This document shows positions 29,456 through 39,730 of a stretch of 64,000 nt of DNA, in pieces. Source of the DNA: Candidatus Poribacteria bacterium (GTDB lineage: Bacteria; Poribacteria; WGA-4E; PCPOR2b). Made by a program: the position numbers and the translations under genes. Each line of letters starts with the position of its first letter. The stretch's first letter is position 1. Location of the stretch: contig OZ242326.1 of assembly GCA_965208325.1 (NCBI GenBank), positions 3,776,001 through 3,840,000 on the forward strand. Direction: 5' to 3'. A model generated the notes under the pieces. The model searched no databases, had not been told where the DNA came from, and saw only the letters and a list, made by a program, of their open reading frames with translations.

Positions 29456-30250
29456 TTACACCTCGTTCAGTGCGCGAAGCTCCTCATCGCTATTGAACTG
29501 AAGTGGTCGCAGATGCAGCCCGCCGTCAACAACCAACTGACTCCCGGTGGTGTAGGCGCTCAATCTGTCGGAGAGCAATAACACCGCTGCAGGTCCCAAC
29601 TCCTCCGGTTTTCCGAACCGGCGCAGCGGAATTTCGCGTTTCAGAATCTGCTCCTGTGTCTCGGTAATTCCTGCCGTAAGGCGTGTGGGATAGTGGCCGG
29701 GCACCAGAAGATTGACGCGGATGCCGAAGGGAGCCATTTCGGTGGCGAGGCTCTCCATCAATACCCGAATTCCGGTCTTTGAGATATGGTAGGAAGTTTC
29801 TGTGAACGATCGATTAAATTGAGCCGTCGATCCAACGATTAAAATGCACCCCTGTCTGCGGGCAATCATATGCTTCCCGACTTCACGCGTTGCCCAAATG
29901 CAGGCTGAAAGGTTAGTATTAATCGTCTGCATCCACGATTCCGTCGTAATTCGGGTAATCGGTTGGTGCCATGCCCAAGCGGCGTTGTTGACGTAGAGAT
30001 CTAAATGTCCGAAGTTGTCGATGACCTGCGCCACGGTATCAACTACCTGATCTTCTTGGCTCACGTCTGCCCGGATGGAAATCCCCCTAACACCGCACGC
30101 TTCAATTTCTTTCTGCGTTTCCAATGGCGGGTTTCGGCTGGCAATCGCTACATCGACACCTTCCTGAGCCAGTGCCAGCGCGATTGCGCGTCCGATTCCC
30201 GTACCGCCGCCCGTAACAAGGGCGGTCTTCCCTTTAAGTCCGCTGTCCAC
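29456..30250 (-). CDS. SDR family NAD(P)-dependent oxidoreductase
   Basis: TGGGTGIG, VNNA, YHISK (YxxxK), VVDGG. Confidence 0.93.
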   Translation of the reverse strand: MDSGLKGKTALVTGGGTGIGRAIALALAQEGVDVAIASRNPPLETQKEIEACGVRGISIRADVSQEDQVVDTVAQVIDNFGHLDLYVNNAAWAWHQPITRITTESWMQTINTNLSACIWATREVGKHMIARRQGCILIVGSTAQFNRSFTETSYHISKTGIRVLMESLATEMAPFGIRVNLLVPGHYPTRLTAGITETQEQILKREIPLRRFGKPEELGPAAVLLLSDRLSAYTTGSQLVVDGGLHLRPLQFNSDEELRALNEV

Positions 30251-30409
30251 ACTATCCTCCTACTATTTTTTGGGGGTAAAAAAAATTGTCTGTTACCGCC
30301 TCTCCGGTGAAATCCAGGGCTCCCGCGCTCCTTACTCTGGTCCTTGTAGGTTGCGTTGAGCCAACGGTTAAACGTCACGGTCAACCTGAATCGAAGAAAA
30401 TCGCGGCCG

Positions 30410-31204
30410 TTATTCACTCTCTTGATCAGTCATGATTTCGAGGTAATCACTTTCCCATGTAAACTCGTTGACTTCAAAAAATGTCTCCGGCATCACGAAA
30501 TCACTGAGCTTATGTATCGCCCGTTTGATGTGTTTCTGCCCGCCCCTGACTACAAATACGCCGTGCCCCGGCAATAACACATCAACTTCTAGATTGGCTA
30601 GTTTGTGGATATCGCGCCGATAGTCAGCCATGCTAAATCCATCCAGATTCAATAAACCCAGCTTGCCGGCGTAAAAAACTGTATCGCCCGTGCATAGTGC
30701 GCGCTTCCCATTATCGCTGAATGAAAAACAGGTGGCGTCCTTCGTATGGCCCTGCACCAGTATAGCTTCAACCTCAATGTCCCCGATCTGTATCCGTTCT
30801 CCATCGGCAAATGTGGAAACATTTGGGCAGGCGCGCGGCTTAAACTCGGACGGATAGCGGCCATACTTAAAGTTGAGTTCAATCGCAGGGTCGCCGTCAA
30901 CACTTTCCATTAAACTCGCACCTAGTGTATGCACCCATACCTCGGCGCCTGTGTGTTGGCGAAGTGCATCGGCGCCGCCCCAATGCCCTAAATGCGAGTG
31001 GGTGATTAGTATGTGCTTTAATAGCTCTGGGTCGAAGCCATCGGAGATAATGTTTGCCATAATATCATCCACGCCCATGCCCAACCCCGTATCCACCAAT
31101 CCTAACGCCGTTCCGCCGTCAATTAGAAAACAGTTGCAGTCAAGGGGATAACTTAGCGCAAATTGGTCACTTCCTACCATGTAAACATGGTCACTAATAC
31201 GCAT
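30410..31204 (-). CDS. MBL-fold metallo-hydrolase
   Basis: LVDTG, THSHLGHWGG, GHT, TGD, PGHG. Confidence 0.88.
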   Translation of the reverse strand: MRISDHVYMVGSDQFALSYPLDCNCFLIDGGTALGLVDTGLGMGVDDIMANIISDGFDPELLKHILITHSHLGHWGGADALRQHTGAEVWVHTLGASLMESVDGDPAIELNFKYGRYPSEFKPRACPNVSTFADGERIQIGDIEVEAILVQGHTKDATCFSFSDNGKRALCTGDTVFYAGKLGLLNLDGFSMADYRRDIHKLANLEVDVLLPGHGVFVVRGGQKHIKRAIHKLSDFVMPETFFEVNEFTWESDYLEIMTDQESE

Positions 31205-31460
31205 GATACTTACCTCCGTTGCTCCTTTGATATATATTCTTACCTAGCCTTAACGTCTTTTCAAAGTTTGTTCTAATCTATTTGAATACTTCAGTATTGT
31301 TTTGTAGACGAGTTATTGATACACAGCGGAATCGATATGCCGACATTTTCCTATTCCCGGTACGTGTTCCTACAACGTCGGACACCGTCTGTTTGCATCT
31401 CTCGTTTTGCGGCTTTGAGTAGCACACGCATTTCACAATAACACTGTTACTGTATTAGCA

Positions 31461-31877
31461 TCAAACTTCAGGTACAAGATTCTTCTTGATTTCGATAAAC
31501 TCAACGATCCAGCCGCTGGGCGAAATCATAAACGCTACCCTTCGCTCGCCGAAACCCGCTGAAACTTCGGCTATATCCCGCATCATTTCGGCGCCGCCGG
31601 CGAGCGCTTTGTCAACATCTTGATCCAAACTGCTCGACATATAGACCAAATGTGTCATACCGTACGGCAACGTTTTCCCAAGCCAATCCTCGTAGACCAT
31701 CTTCTCCGCCAAGTGCAGATATTTGTCGCCCATCTTGACTAACGGCACGCGGAAAAATTCGCCATCTATTTCGAGTGTCTCGTCTAGCACAATTTCGTTT
31801 CCGATTTGGCGGTGAAATTCCAACTCACGCTCAAGATCCGGAACCTTGATACCGATAGTCCACAAACCGGTTAACAT
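31461..31877 (-). CDS. VOC family protein (glyoxalase/methylmalonyl-CoA epimerase-like)
   Basis: IGIKVPDLE, GMTHLVY, RVAFMISPSGWIVEFIE. Confidence 0.85.
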   Translation of the reverse strand: MLTGLWTIGIKVPDLERELEFHRQIGNEIVLDETLEIDGEFFRVPLVKMGDKYLHLAEKMVYEDWLGKTLPYGMTHLVYMSSSLDQDVDKALAGGAEMMRDIAEVSAGFGERRVAFMISPSGWIVEFIEIKKNLVPEV

Positions 31878-32051
31878 TATCAACCCCCTTTCAAGATTGT
31901 GTGAATCATCGCTTATTGCCTAAACGATGCCGCAGCGTGTTTTGATTCGCTTCCTTCAGGAACAGTACGAACCTTAACTCAGATGATCTAAGCCGCCAAT
32001 GAGCGTACTATTATTTCCCTTGTCAAAACAAATGTCCCTGTGCCAGTTTTT

Positions 32052-33005
32052 TCATTTCCCTTCCGGCTTCATGCCCGACGGCAGTTCTGCCTGTCCGTAC
32101 GACTCTCGAATCCTGCGCACTTCGGACACGTTCATCCACGATTCTAGTAAATTATAGAGGTTGCCGTGTTGTTCGGCCACACTACTAATCCGCCCGGTCT
32201 GCTTTTCAAGTTCCATGGCTTTGACCATCGCGTTAACGGCAACACCTAGCATGGTCGTCGGTTCAATTTGGAGTTGATAGCCCAATTCGTAAAGTTCATC
32301 CACGCTCAATTGCATCATGTCAGACGTATATTGGACGCGATCCGCGTCGATTTCGGTGCCTAGGGTACGGATGGTCATCATTGGTCCATCCACCTGGCTG
32401 CGGAAAAAGCGGGCATGTTCAACCGACCAACAGATTGCCATAAGGGCATCCGATCCGGCCTCTTGGTAGGCGTTGGCGCGCCGTAACCAATCCTCGCGCC
32501 GCGATTCCTCGTCAGGGTGAACTCTTGCGACATAAGTACCCGGTCGCCCGATTACCATGAATTCAGGGTTGAGTTTTTCACCCGCCATTGCCCGAATCTT
32601 GTCTGCGGTCTGATCCATCGGCTCAATCGCCATGACGTGTGGTGGAATAAACGGGCATTTATACGGCAAACCGTAATCGTCAATGTGTACGCCCGCAACG
32701 CCGGCGCGCTCAAACTCGTGCATCCAATACACTGAAGCATAAGGTTCACCGAATCCCTGCTCGAAGTCCACGACAATTGGCAAATTAACTGAACGGCGAA
32801 TTTTGCGGCACACCTCGACAGTCTCATCAGGCGTAATTACGCCGATGTCCGGTTGGCCATTTACAAAAGCGATTTGCAGTGACTGTACCCCCACAGCGTC
32901 AAAGCCCGCCCGTTCAGCAATCTTGGCGGATACCACATCGTGTACCCCCATAATCCAGATTGGACGGTCTTTTTTGAGCAATGGTGTTAAATATGGCGTA
33001 TCCAT
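32052..33005 (-). CDS. Isocitrate lyase/PEP mutase family protein
   Basis: GVHDVVSAKIAERAGFDAV, GQPDIG, PIVVDFEQGFG, AGVHIDD, RANAYQEAGSD. ATG after AGGAG. Confidence 0.88.
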   Translation of the reverse strand: MDTPYLTPLLKKDRPIWIMGVHDVVSAKIAERAGFDAVGVQSLQIAFVNGQPDIGVITPDETVEVCRKIRRSVNLPIVVDFEQGFGEPYASVYWMHEFERAGVAGVHIDDYGLPYKCPFIPPHVMAIEPMDQTADKIRAMAGEKLNPEFMVIGRPGTYVARVHPDEESRREDWLRRANAYQEAGSDALMAICWSVEHARFFRSQVDGPMMTIRTLGTEIDADRVQYTSDMMQLSVDELYELGYQLQIEPTTMLGVAVNAMVKAMELEKQTGRISSVAEQHGNLYNLLESWMNVSEVRRIRESYGQAELPSGMKPEGK

Positions 33006-33155
33006 GGTAATTCTCCTTCTGTTTGCGGCAAGCGTTATGGCAAGATTTTCCAACGCTAGATGATTCTGATTATTACCTGCCCGCTTTTTGATAATGCACT
33101 GCGCATTCCACCTGCACAGATATCAATGTACGTCTGTAATTTTATAATCTCCAAA

Positions 33156-34328
33156 TTACGGTTTAATCTGCAATTTCTGTCCGGTTCGATGGGATTCGTA
33201 CGCCGCTTCGACTACAGCCAAGGTAGCGCGGCCGTCGCGCCCTCCGACTAACGGCTGGGTATCGTTCATAATAGATTGAACAAAGTTGTCTATTTGGCGT
33301 CGGAACATATACTGTTCGTTGGTACTAGGAGACAATGGCCCGCCTGGGGCGCGAGTTGGCTCGGGCATTTCCACCTGATACCAACCGCGGTCGCTTTGAT
33401 GCTTGTTCTCCAGCGACCATATCATTACACGGCCATGTTCAGGTGAATCCCACGGCGGCAAATCGAATGTGAGATGTCCCCGTGTGCCATGGATGTAGCC
33501 AAATTCCGACCATTCACCTAAACCAGAGCCAATGTGCAAGATTGGAGATAAGCTGCGCCCTACCGTGCCGGTGTCAAAGACGCCCACGGTGCCGTTTTTG
33601 AACCGCATTAGAACAACGCCGAAATCCTCCCAGACGCCAATCTCCGGATTGCCCAAGTAATCGCGTGTAACATTTTGGATTTCGGCGGATACAGTCTCGA
33701 CTTCAGATCCGGTCCACCAACGCCACAAATCCACATAATGCGGCAAATGGTCAAGAATGATGCCGCCGCCAACCCTTTCATCCTTCCACCGCCAGTCATA
33801 GTTTTCACGATAGCCTTCCGGGATGAGCTCGTCCGGCGCAAGCTTGACCGCTGCACCCCAGTGCACAACGAGGTAAAACACTTCGCCCAGCGTGCCGTTA
33901 TCAATGATTTGCTTAATGCGTTCCAACCCAAAGTTGAAGCGTTTTTCATGCCCGAGCATCAGGCGAATTTCATTGTGCTCAGCCGCCGCGATGATATCAT
34001 CGCACTCCTGCACATTGCGCGCCATCGGCTTCTCTAGCAAGACGTGTTTTTTATGTTCGGCGGCAGCCACCGCCATTTCGTGGTGGTAGGCAGGTGGAGT
34101 ACATATCGACACGGCGTCAACGTCATCTCGCTTCAGTACGTCTTGGTAGCTCGTCGAAACAGCGCGGGCGTTATATCGCTGTCTCGCCTGAATAGCACGC
34201 TCAATGTCTGTATCGCAAACGACGACTAGCTCGGCATTTGGGTGTTCCCAAATCCAAGTTAGGTGTCCCATCCAAGCGGCTACACCGCAGCCGATGACCC
34301 CAAACCTTACCTTGTCTTTCATCTTCAT
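33156..34328 (-). CDS. Gfo/Idh/MocA family oxidoreductase
   Basis: GVIGCG, ICTP..H, KHVLLEKPMA, GGGIILDHLPHYVD. Confidence 0.93.
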   Translation of the reverse strand: MKMKDKVRFGVIGCGVAAWMGHLTWIWEHPNAELVVVCDTDIERAIQARQRYNARAVSTSYQDVLKRDDVDAVSICTPPAYHHEMAVAAAEHKKHVLLEKPMARNVQECDDIIAAAEHNEIRLMLGHEKRFNFGLERIKQIIDNGTLGEVFYLVVHWGAAVKLAPDELIPEGYRENYDWRWKDERVGGGIILDHLPHYVDLWRWWTGSEVETVSAEIQNVTRDYLGNPEIGVWEDFGVVLMRFKNGTVGVFDTGTVGRSLSPILHIGSGLGEWSEFGYIHGTRGHLTFDLPPWDSPEHGRVMIWSLENKHQSDRGWYQVEMPEPTRAPGGPLSPSTNEQYMFRRQIDNFVQSIMNDTQPLVGGRDGRATLAVVEAAYESHRTGQKLQIKP

Positions 34329-34572
34329 GAGTTTAAGTAGCTACAAGTTAGTTTCCGAGTCCATCGTTCCAAACGAAAACTCCCTGTATTAATACACTCG
34401 TACCGGCATCAACCACGCGATGCTCGAAATTAAAACACGCCAGTAGACAATCGTAGTCGTCCCTTTAGTCGCGCTTAGTTGAAATGCGGATCGGCAATAG
34501 TTCTATAGTTGGAATGTTGGGCAGACGTGGGATTTAACGTACAGCGTCAATACTAGAATGATATCAATATGG

Positions 34573-34639
34573 TTGACAATACGCAGAAAACAATTATAAT
34601 TATGCGGCATATTATAATGTAGATAAGAAATATTCTCAA
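34573..34639. promoter_or_regulatory. Overlapping divergent sigma70-type promoters
   Basis: Plus strand TTGACA-16-TATAAT (34573-34600); minus strand TTGAGA-17-TATAAT (34639-34611). Confidence 0.5.
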
Positions 34640-34842
34640 GCATAAAAGGGCTTCCGTCCGTTACTAAATCGAGCTATTACGCCGCCAGGCATTGAGTCCG
34701 CCCGCAACACAAAAAACTCAAGGCAAACACGCTAGGCAATGTTTTTAGCCAAACCCGGAGAAACATTTATGTACATTTTCCCTTTAACAACATGTGATCG
34801 AAAGACAGCGTATCGAAGATTGCAGTTTTTTGGTAACCACCC

Positions 34843-35760
34843 ATGAATGTTCATGAATCCACCGGCCGTTGGCGTCTTGGGCTTGCGCTATCATTTGTCA
34901 CGGCGTGTTTCTGGGGTTTGGCGCCCATCGCACTAAAGCGGCTGCTGGACAGCATGGATGTATACACGATTACCTGGTATCGTTTCCTTTTCGCTGGCGG
35001 AGTATTATTGATTCCGGTTGTTCGCAGATATGAACTCCTTTCTGTGTTGAAACTTCAAGGAACACGTAGATTACTGCTGTTCGTTACGATTCTGAGTTTA
35101 TGCTCAAACCACATTCTGTATCTCCTCGGTCTGGATTACGTCTCTCCTAGTACGGTACAGGTTGTTTTCCAATTGGCACCTATATTCATGCTGTTAGGTA
35201 GTCTAGTTTTCTTTAATGAGCGTCTTGTCCGCTTGCAATGGATCGGATTTGCAGTATTGGTCGTAGGTTTACTGCTGTTCTTCAATCGTCGGCTTAATGA
35301 GCTAATGTTTGGATTCACTGATCTTACGGGCGGCGTCATTTTAATCCTCGCTGCCGTGTTAACGTGGACGATGTACGCACTTGCGCAAAAACAACTGCTT
35401 AAAACGCTCCCTTCAGCAACAATTGCACTTCTTATTTATCTCACTGCCATCCTGATTTTTCTGCCGATTGCACGCCCTGCTCAACTGTTCAACCTGAATC
35501 GCACCGAGGGATTGCTGCTTGCATTTTGTGCGTTCAGTACATTAATTTCATGGTGCAGCTTTGCCGAAGCACTAAACCATCTTGAAGCGTCGAGAGTTAG
35601 CATGATTTTGGCCTTGATTCCGCTAATTACTGTTACCGCCATGGCGTTCGGCGGCAGCCTGTTTCCAGACGTCATACAACATGAACAACTCAATTTCTTG
35701 AGTATTTTAGGCACAATCTTAGTCGTTGTTGGCTCTATGGTCGTTGCCTTGCGGCAATAA
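34843..35760 (+). CDS. DMT/EamA family transporter
   Basis: Two EamA repeats with about 10 transmembrane segments; TITWYRF, FAEALNHLEASRVS. Confidence 0.92.
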   Translation: MNVHESTGRWRLGLALSFVTACFWGLAPIALKRLLDSMDVYTITWYRFLFAGGVLLIPVVRRYELLSVLKLQGTRRLLLFVTILSLCSNHILYLLGLDYVSPSTVQVVFQLAPIFMLLGSLVFFNERLVRLQWIGFAVLVVGLLLFFNRRLNELMFGFTDLTGGVILILAAVLTWTMYALAQKQLLKTLPSATIALLIYLTAILIFLPIARPAQLFNLNRTEGLLLAFCAFSTLISWCSFAEALNHLEASRVSMILALIPLITVTAMAFGGSLFPDVIQHEQLNFLSILGTILVVVGSMVVALRQ

Positions 35761-36143
35761 ACCTAATTTTCCCCTGAAGGCGATAATTTATTCTCGAACA
35801 TGAATGTCCGATTTATGATTTACTTGACTAACCGTTGAGGTGGACTCGCTAGAAGCTAGTTTGAGGTTTTAGTTATCGGGTAAGACGGAATTTCTACCAG
35901 AAAGGTGGTATTGCTGTGATTTACTGTTTAGTCACCCACTGGAATTCAACGCCGCGATTTAACTTGGGATTTGGAATGTTCAATTTTTCGCAACTTGTAC
36001 ATCGGATATTGCGTTCATGGAATACCAAATGTTTACAATAACGCTTTGTGTCGTACCTGTGCAGCCATGATTTAAGCCAACCCTTGACTCAGTAATCCAA
36101 CTCAAAAATCATAGTCACTGTTCAAGATCGATGTCGACGGAGG

Positions 36144-36917
36144 GTGTCCATGTTCATGAAGATACCTAAATTTGACGGTCTCGTTTCAGTCTTTCGAATC
36201 AGTCTGAGTTGCGTGATATTACTCATATTGCTGAAATTTGTTGGATTGAGCCCAAGAACCGCCGATGTTGCCAAGACTACGCCAATAAACGGGCCTGATC
36301 GCGATGATATTTTGAGATTTATCCTGAAGCATGAAGCCGGGCTGAATATCCATGAACCCGCACATGTTGGAGGGGTGTCTTACGCGGGCATTACGGCTGT
36401 CGCATGGTCAGAATGGCGGAATAAACAAGGCGATAAAGCGAACCTCCCCGCAAATGTAATCCGCTTAGGGGGCGCAAACACGAGTCAAGATGCGTTGACT
36501 TCGCCCGATGCAAATATTGTGGTGATAAAAAGGTTCTACCACGATTATTTTGAACGATATCGTTGCTGGGATGTTCATCCGTGCTTGCAAGCTGGATATG
36601 CGGACTTTGCTACGCTTGCAGGTAAAAATGCGACACGGGTTATTCAGAAACTGGCAAATGTGGAACCGGACGGAATCTGGAAAACACATACCACCTTGGC
36701 AGTCAAGAAATTCAACGATAACATTGACGTGGCATTGAAAGAGGATCCAGATTATGCGTGGAGGGTTTTTCTAAAGTTTGATGACCGTAAGCGCAAATTC
36801 CTAAAAACTCTTGCAAAACAGGAGTCATTTTATGCGAGCGCCCTCACCGGTTGGCTTAAAAGATCCAACAACCTCAAAGCGCTTATGAAACCGTACCTAT
36901 TAAATAATGAAGATTGA
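36144..36917 (+). CDS. Glycoside hydrolase family 108-like muramidase with a peptidoglycan-binding C-terminus and N-terminal membrane anchor
   Basis: ILKHEAG..GGVSYAGIT resembles the EGG..GGxTxxGIT motif. Also DFATLAG, IQKLANVEPDG and GWLKR. Confidence 0.7.
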   Translation: MSMFMKIPKFDGLVSVFRISLSCVILLILLKFVGLSPRTADVAKTTPINGPDRDDILRFILKHEAGLNIHEPAHVGGVSYAGITAVAWSEWRNKQGDKANLPANVIRLGGANTSQDALTSPDANIVVIKRFYHDYFERYRCWDVHPCLQAGYADFATLAGKNATRVIQKLANVEPDGIWKTHTTLAVKKFNDNIDVALKEDPDYAWRVFLKFDDRKRKFLKTLAKQESFYASALTGWLKRSNNLKALMKPYLLNNED

Positions 36918-37091
36918 AGCACGCATGGATAGAAAAAGCGCTTCTCATCTTTCTACATCAAAAATTGCGCGAAAATAATAGATATTTGAGTACATAGTTT
37001 TGCGTTTTAGTCAAGTAAACCCCAATCGAATTGCCGCGATTGAGAAACTGATACAACCATTGAAAATTACAAAATTCGCATAAGCGGAATA

Positions 37092-39413
37092 TCAAATTCC
37101 AACATCCATTTTACCCTTCGCCCAGTCACAGCGTTCAATCCATTCCCTTGCGTTGTAAATAATGCCAAGCGGCACGTTGTCCTTCGCCGCAATCCGCTGA
37201 AATTGTTCGATTGCTAAATCGTAGTGTCCGAGGCGGTACGAGTTTACACCAATCAACCGCACATTTTCGATTTCTAAACTCTGGTGTGGCAGTCCTAAAG
37301 TGATTGCTTTGAAACAGTAGCGGTTTGAGGCAACGTACTTTTGGGCTAGTTCGAGTTGTCTTCCCATCAGATAGTGTGGCAGCCCCCACGCCGGCAGTTC
37401 GTTAATAACTTCGTGAAGTAGTGCCTCCTTGAGTTGGGGCGATGACTGCGAGATTAGAACCTGCCTCAGTTTGTCCTTGACCCCAACAAAATCCAACGCT
37501 AGTATAGCCAGCTTGGTTTGAACATCCCGAATGCGGGCATCCGAAGCGTGAAGCGCAAACACTTGTTGGTAATGTGAAATAGCTTGATTACGCCTTCCTT
37601 GCTGCCAGCGAACATTCCCCTCGACATTTTTCGCTTCTGCAATCTGCTTGACACTCGCGTCGGGATGTGTACTGATCTTCGTTGTTAATTCCAACGTCGC
37701 ACGGTAATCGCCCGTATGATAGTGTGTATTCATCAACGCCAGCAGATTTGACAGGTCATCGGAATCTAATTTAAAAATTTCCTTGAACAACGGTAATGCA
37801 GCGGCAAAATTGGATTCACGGTACGCTGTCTGTGCGCGTATAGATAATTCGGCAATCTTGTGCGCACACACTTTTTGGAAAATGCTCGGAAAATTGAATT
37901 GTCCCTTCGCAACCGCAAAATCGTTTTCAGTTAAAGGGACACTCTCTAGAAAGCCTTTCCATTCTTCAACTAGATTGTCCAAAGTTTTTCCGTAGGTTTG
38001 CTCAAAATTGCCTGTTGGAAAGACGTCCTTGAATTTTCCCATCCCGTAAGTATCGGTAAGAAAACGAACGAAAGAACCAGCCAAGGTATAGCTTTTTGAT
38101 GATGCTTCTTTCCAGAACCCCAGTCCCATTATGTGTTTTATCTCTGGGGCATTCTTTAACTGGTGCATGGCTTTGCTGCGTTGGTGCGGCGAAAGCCGCT
38201 CAGTATTCCAAGCTGCAGCGACAGCGATTCCCTCATGCAAGCCCGGCTTGAGGCTAACTTTTAGCAGCGGATGCCAATCTGCGGTAAAAGCATGGGCCAA
38301 TTCATGTTTCATTACTGGATGAGGGAATTCCTCATAGTTTATATGGAAACCGCCTCCATATGGGTCTTCAATTGATGTCTCCCGTGCGCCAATGAGTTGT
38401 TTTTTCTGGTCAGGCGACGTGTAGATATAAGATCGGATTTTTTTTGAGGGTTGAATCTGGAAGTATGCCGACAGTTGCGCATGGCGAAACTCATGATCGT
38501 GAGCAATCCACTCAATGTCCTTTTCAACTCTAGTACCTTTTTCGTAATACAGCTTGAAGTGTTCAGTCTCCTTCATACCACCCAGCCTTTTTTCGATGTA
38601 ACTCCGTGTTGGACGAAGACCGAGTTCACTGTGGTGTAGATAGATTGACACAAATGCCGCAATCATCGCGGCTAGACAAAAGCGGCTCATCAGGCTGCTA
38701 AACCTAATCTCGAAACGATAGAGATTTCGGAGGCGCAGCCTCACCGGAGATTCAAGGCCTTCTTTGACTGATAACATGCCCACTGCCAATAGCAAATAGA
38801 TTCCAGTCAACAGAAGCGCTGTGCCGCGGGCTAAAATGAGCGTTCCGGAAATTGGAATGTATTCATCGTAGATTGGTCCCGGGAAATAACCGAAAGTCGA
38901 ATGATAACCAAAGACAGGGGGATGAAAAACAAGATTGTGAAGCAGTGGCAGGAGGGTAGCGAAGACATATACGTGATATATGAGATAGGCGGTCCAACGC
39001 TTCTTAAACCACAATCCGAAAAACACGCCTGCGCCGGTCGAATACGCGCAACTAATAACAGGCAGGAGAAAAAAGAAAATACCACCGTCTAAAAAATCGC
39101 AGTTTTTGATATGGAGTGCATTCACCAAGACAATAGCTAACGGAGGGATTAGCATCAATACATTGGCGCAGAACGATTTCCCGAATAGCCTAACTACAAC
39201 TCGGAAGGAAGTTGCCTTGAGATTTGTGGATTCATTTCGGAGTTGCTTCACGCATGTTGCGGCGATGTGTGCCCCCGCAAGCGAGATGGCTATTGCGAGG
39301 ATGGCGCAAAACTCGAAAGCCAACACATTCAGCAGCGGTATTCGCGTTAAAACTAACCCTAACATAACGAATAACGCAAACCAGATCCAATAAGTAATGG
39401 ATTTGAAAATCAT
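37092..39413 (-). CDS. Membrane protein with a zincin (HExxH) peptidase-like domain and C-terminal TPRs
   Basis: About seven N-terminal transmembrane segments, ETEHFKLYY, HELAH..LHEGIAVA, YTLAGSFVRFL, then TPR-like helices. Confidence 0.7.
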   Translation of the reverse strand: MIFKSITYWIWFALFVMLGLVLTRIPLLNVLAFEFCAILAIAISLAGAHIAATCVKQLRNESTNLKATSFRVVVRLFGKSFCANVLMLIPPLAIVLVNALHIKNCDFLDGGIFFFLLPVISCAYSTGAGVFFGLWFKKRWTAYLIYHVYVFATLLPLLHNLVFHPPVFGYHSTFGYFPGPIYDEYIPISGTLILARGTALLLTGIYLLLAVGMLSVKEGLESPVRLRLRNLYRFEIRFSSLMSRFCLAAMIAAFVSIYLHHSELGLRPTRSYIEKRLGGMKETEHFKLYYEKGTRVEKDIEWIAHDHEFRHAQLSAYFQIQPSKKIRSYIYTSPDQKKQLIGARETSIEDPYGGGFHINYEEFPHPVMKHELAHAFTADWHPLLKVSLKPGLHEGIAVAAAWNTERLSPHQRSKAMHQLKNAPEIKHIMGLGFWKEASSKSYTLAGSFVRFLTDTYGMGKFKDVFPTGNFEQTYGKTLDNLVEEWKGFLESVPLTENDFAVAKGQFNFPSIFQKVCAHKIAELSIRAQTAYRESNFAAALPLFKEIFKLDSDDLSNLLALMNTHYHTGDYRATLELTTKISTHPDASVKQIAEAKNVEGNVRWQQGRRNQAISHYQQVFALHASDARIRDVQTKLAILALDFVGVKDKLRQVLISQSSPQLKEALLHEVINELPAWGLPHYLMGRQLELAQKYVASNRYCFKAITLGLPHQSLEIENVRLIGVNSYRLGHYDLAIEQFQRIAAKDNVPLGIIYNAREWIERCDWAKGKMDVGI

Positions 39414-39560
39414 AGATGGGTGCCAATGTATCGACAGCTACGATTTCGTTATGGCCGATTCAAATCATGGTTAAAATTCACCTAGTAGTGTACTCCACTC
39501 CAAAATTTTATTATACTCCAATCAGACATAAAAATCTAGTAGAATTGACCTCTAGAATAA

Positions 39561-39589
39561 TTGACTCAGAGGAATGAGGGTGGTATAAT
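39561..39589 (+). promoter_or_regulatory. Sigma70 promoter (extended -10) for trpB
   Basis: TTGACT-17 nt-TATAAT with TG before the -10 box. Confidence 0.7.
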
Positions 39590-39730
39590 ACCGCTTAGGG
39601 TCAGTAAGGAAAAATGGCGGTAACAGATTTAGCATTGATCGGTATCATCCGGGAAAGTCCTTTTGTCTGATGGTCGTGAAGGCTTGCTTATAGGCTTCTA
39701 AAGGGAATTGAACATTAAGGAGAAATTACA

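Noticed and set aside
35761..37091. Prophage remnant around the GH108-like gene
   Set aside because: No holin, integrase, structural genes or att-like repeats were seen.
39590..39730. trp attenuator or T-box upstream of trpB
   Set aside because: The short upstream ORF has no Trp codons, and I found no T-box motif or terminator/antiterminator pair.
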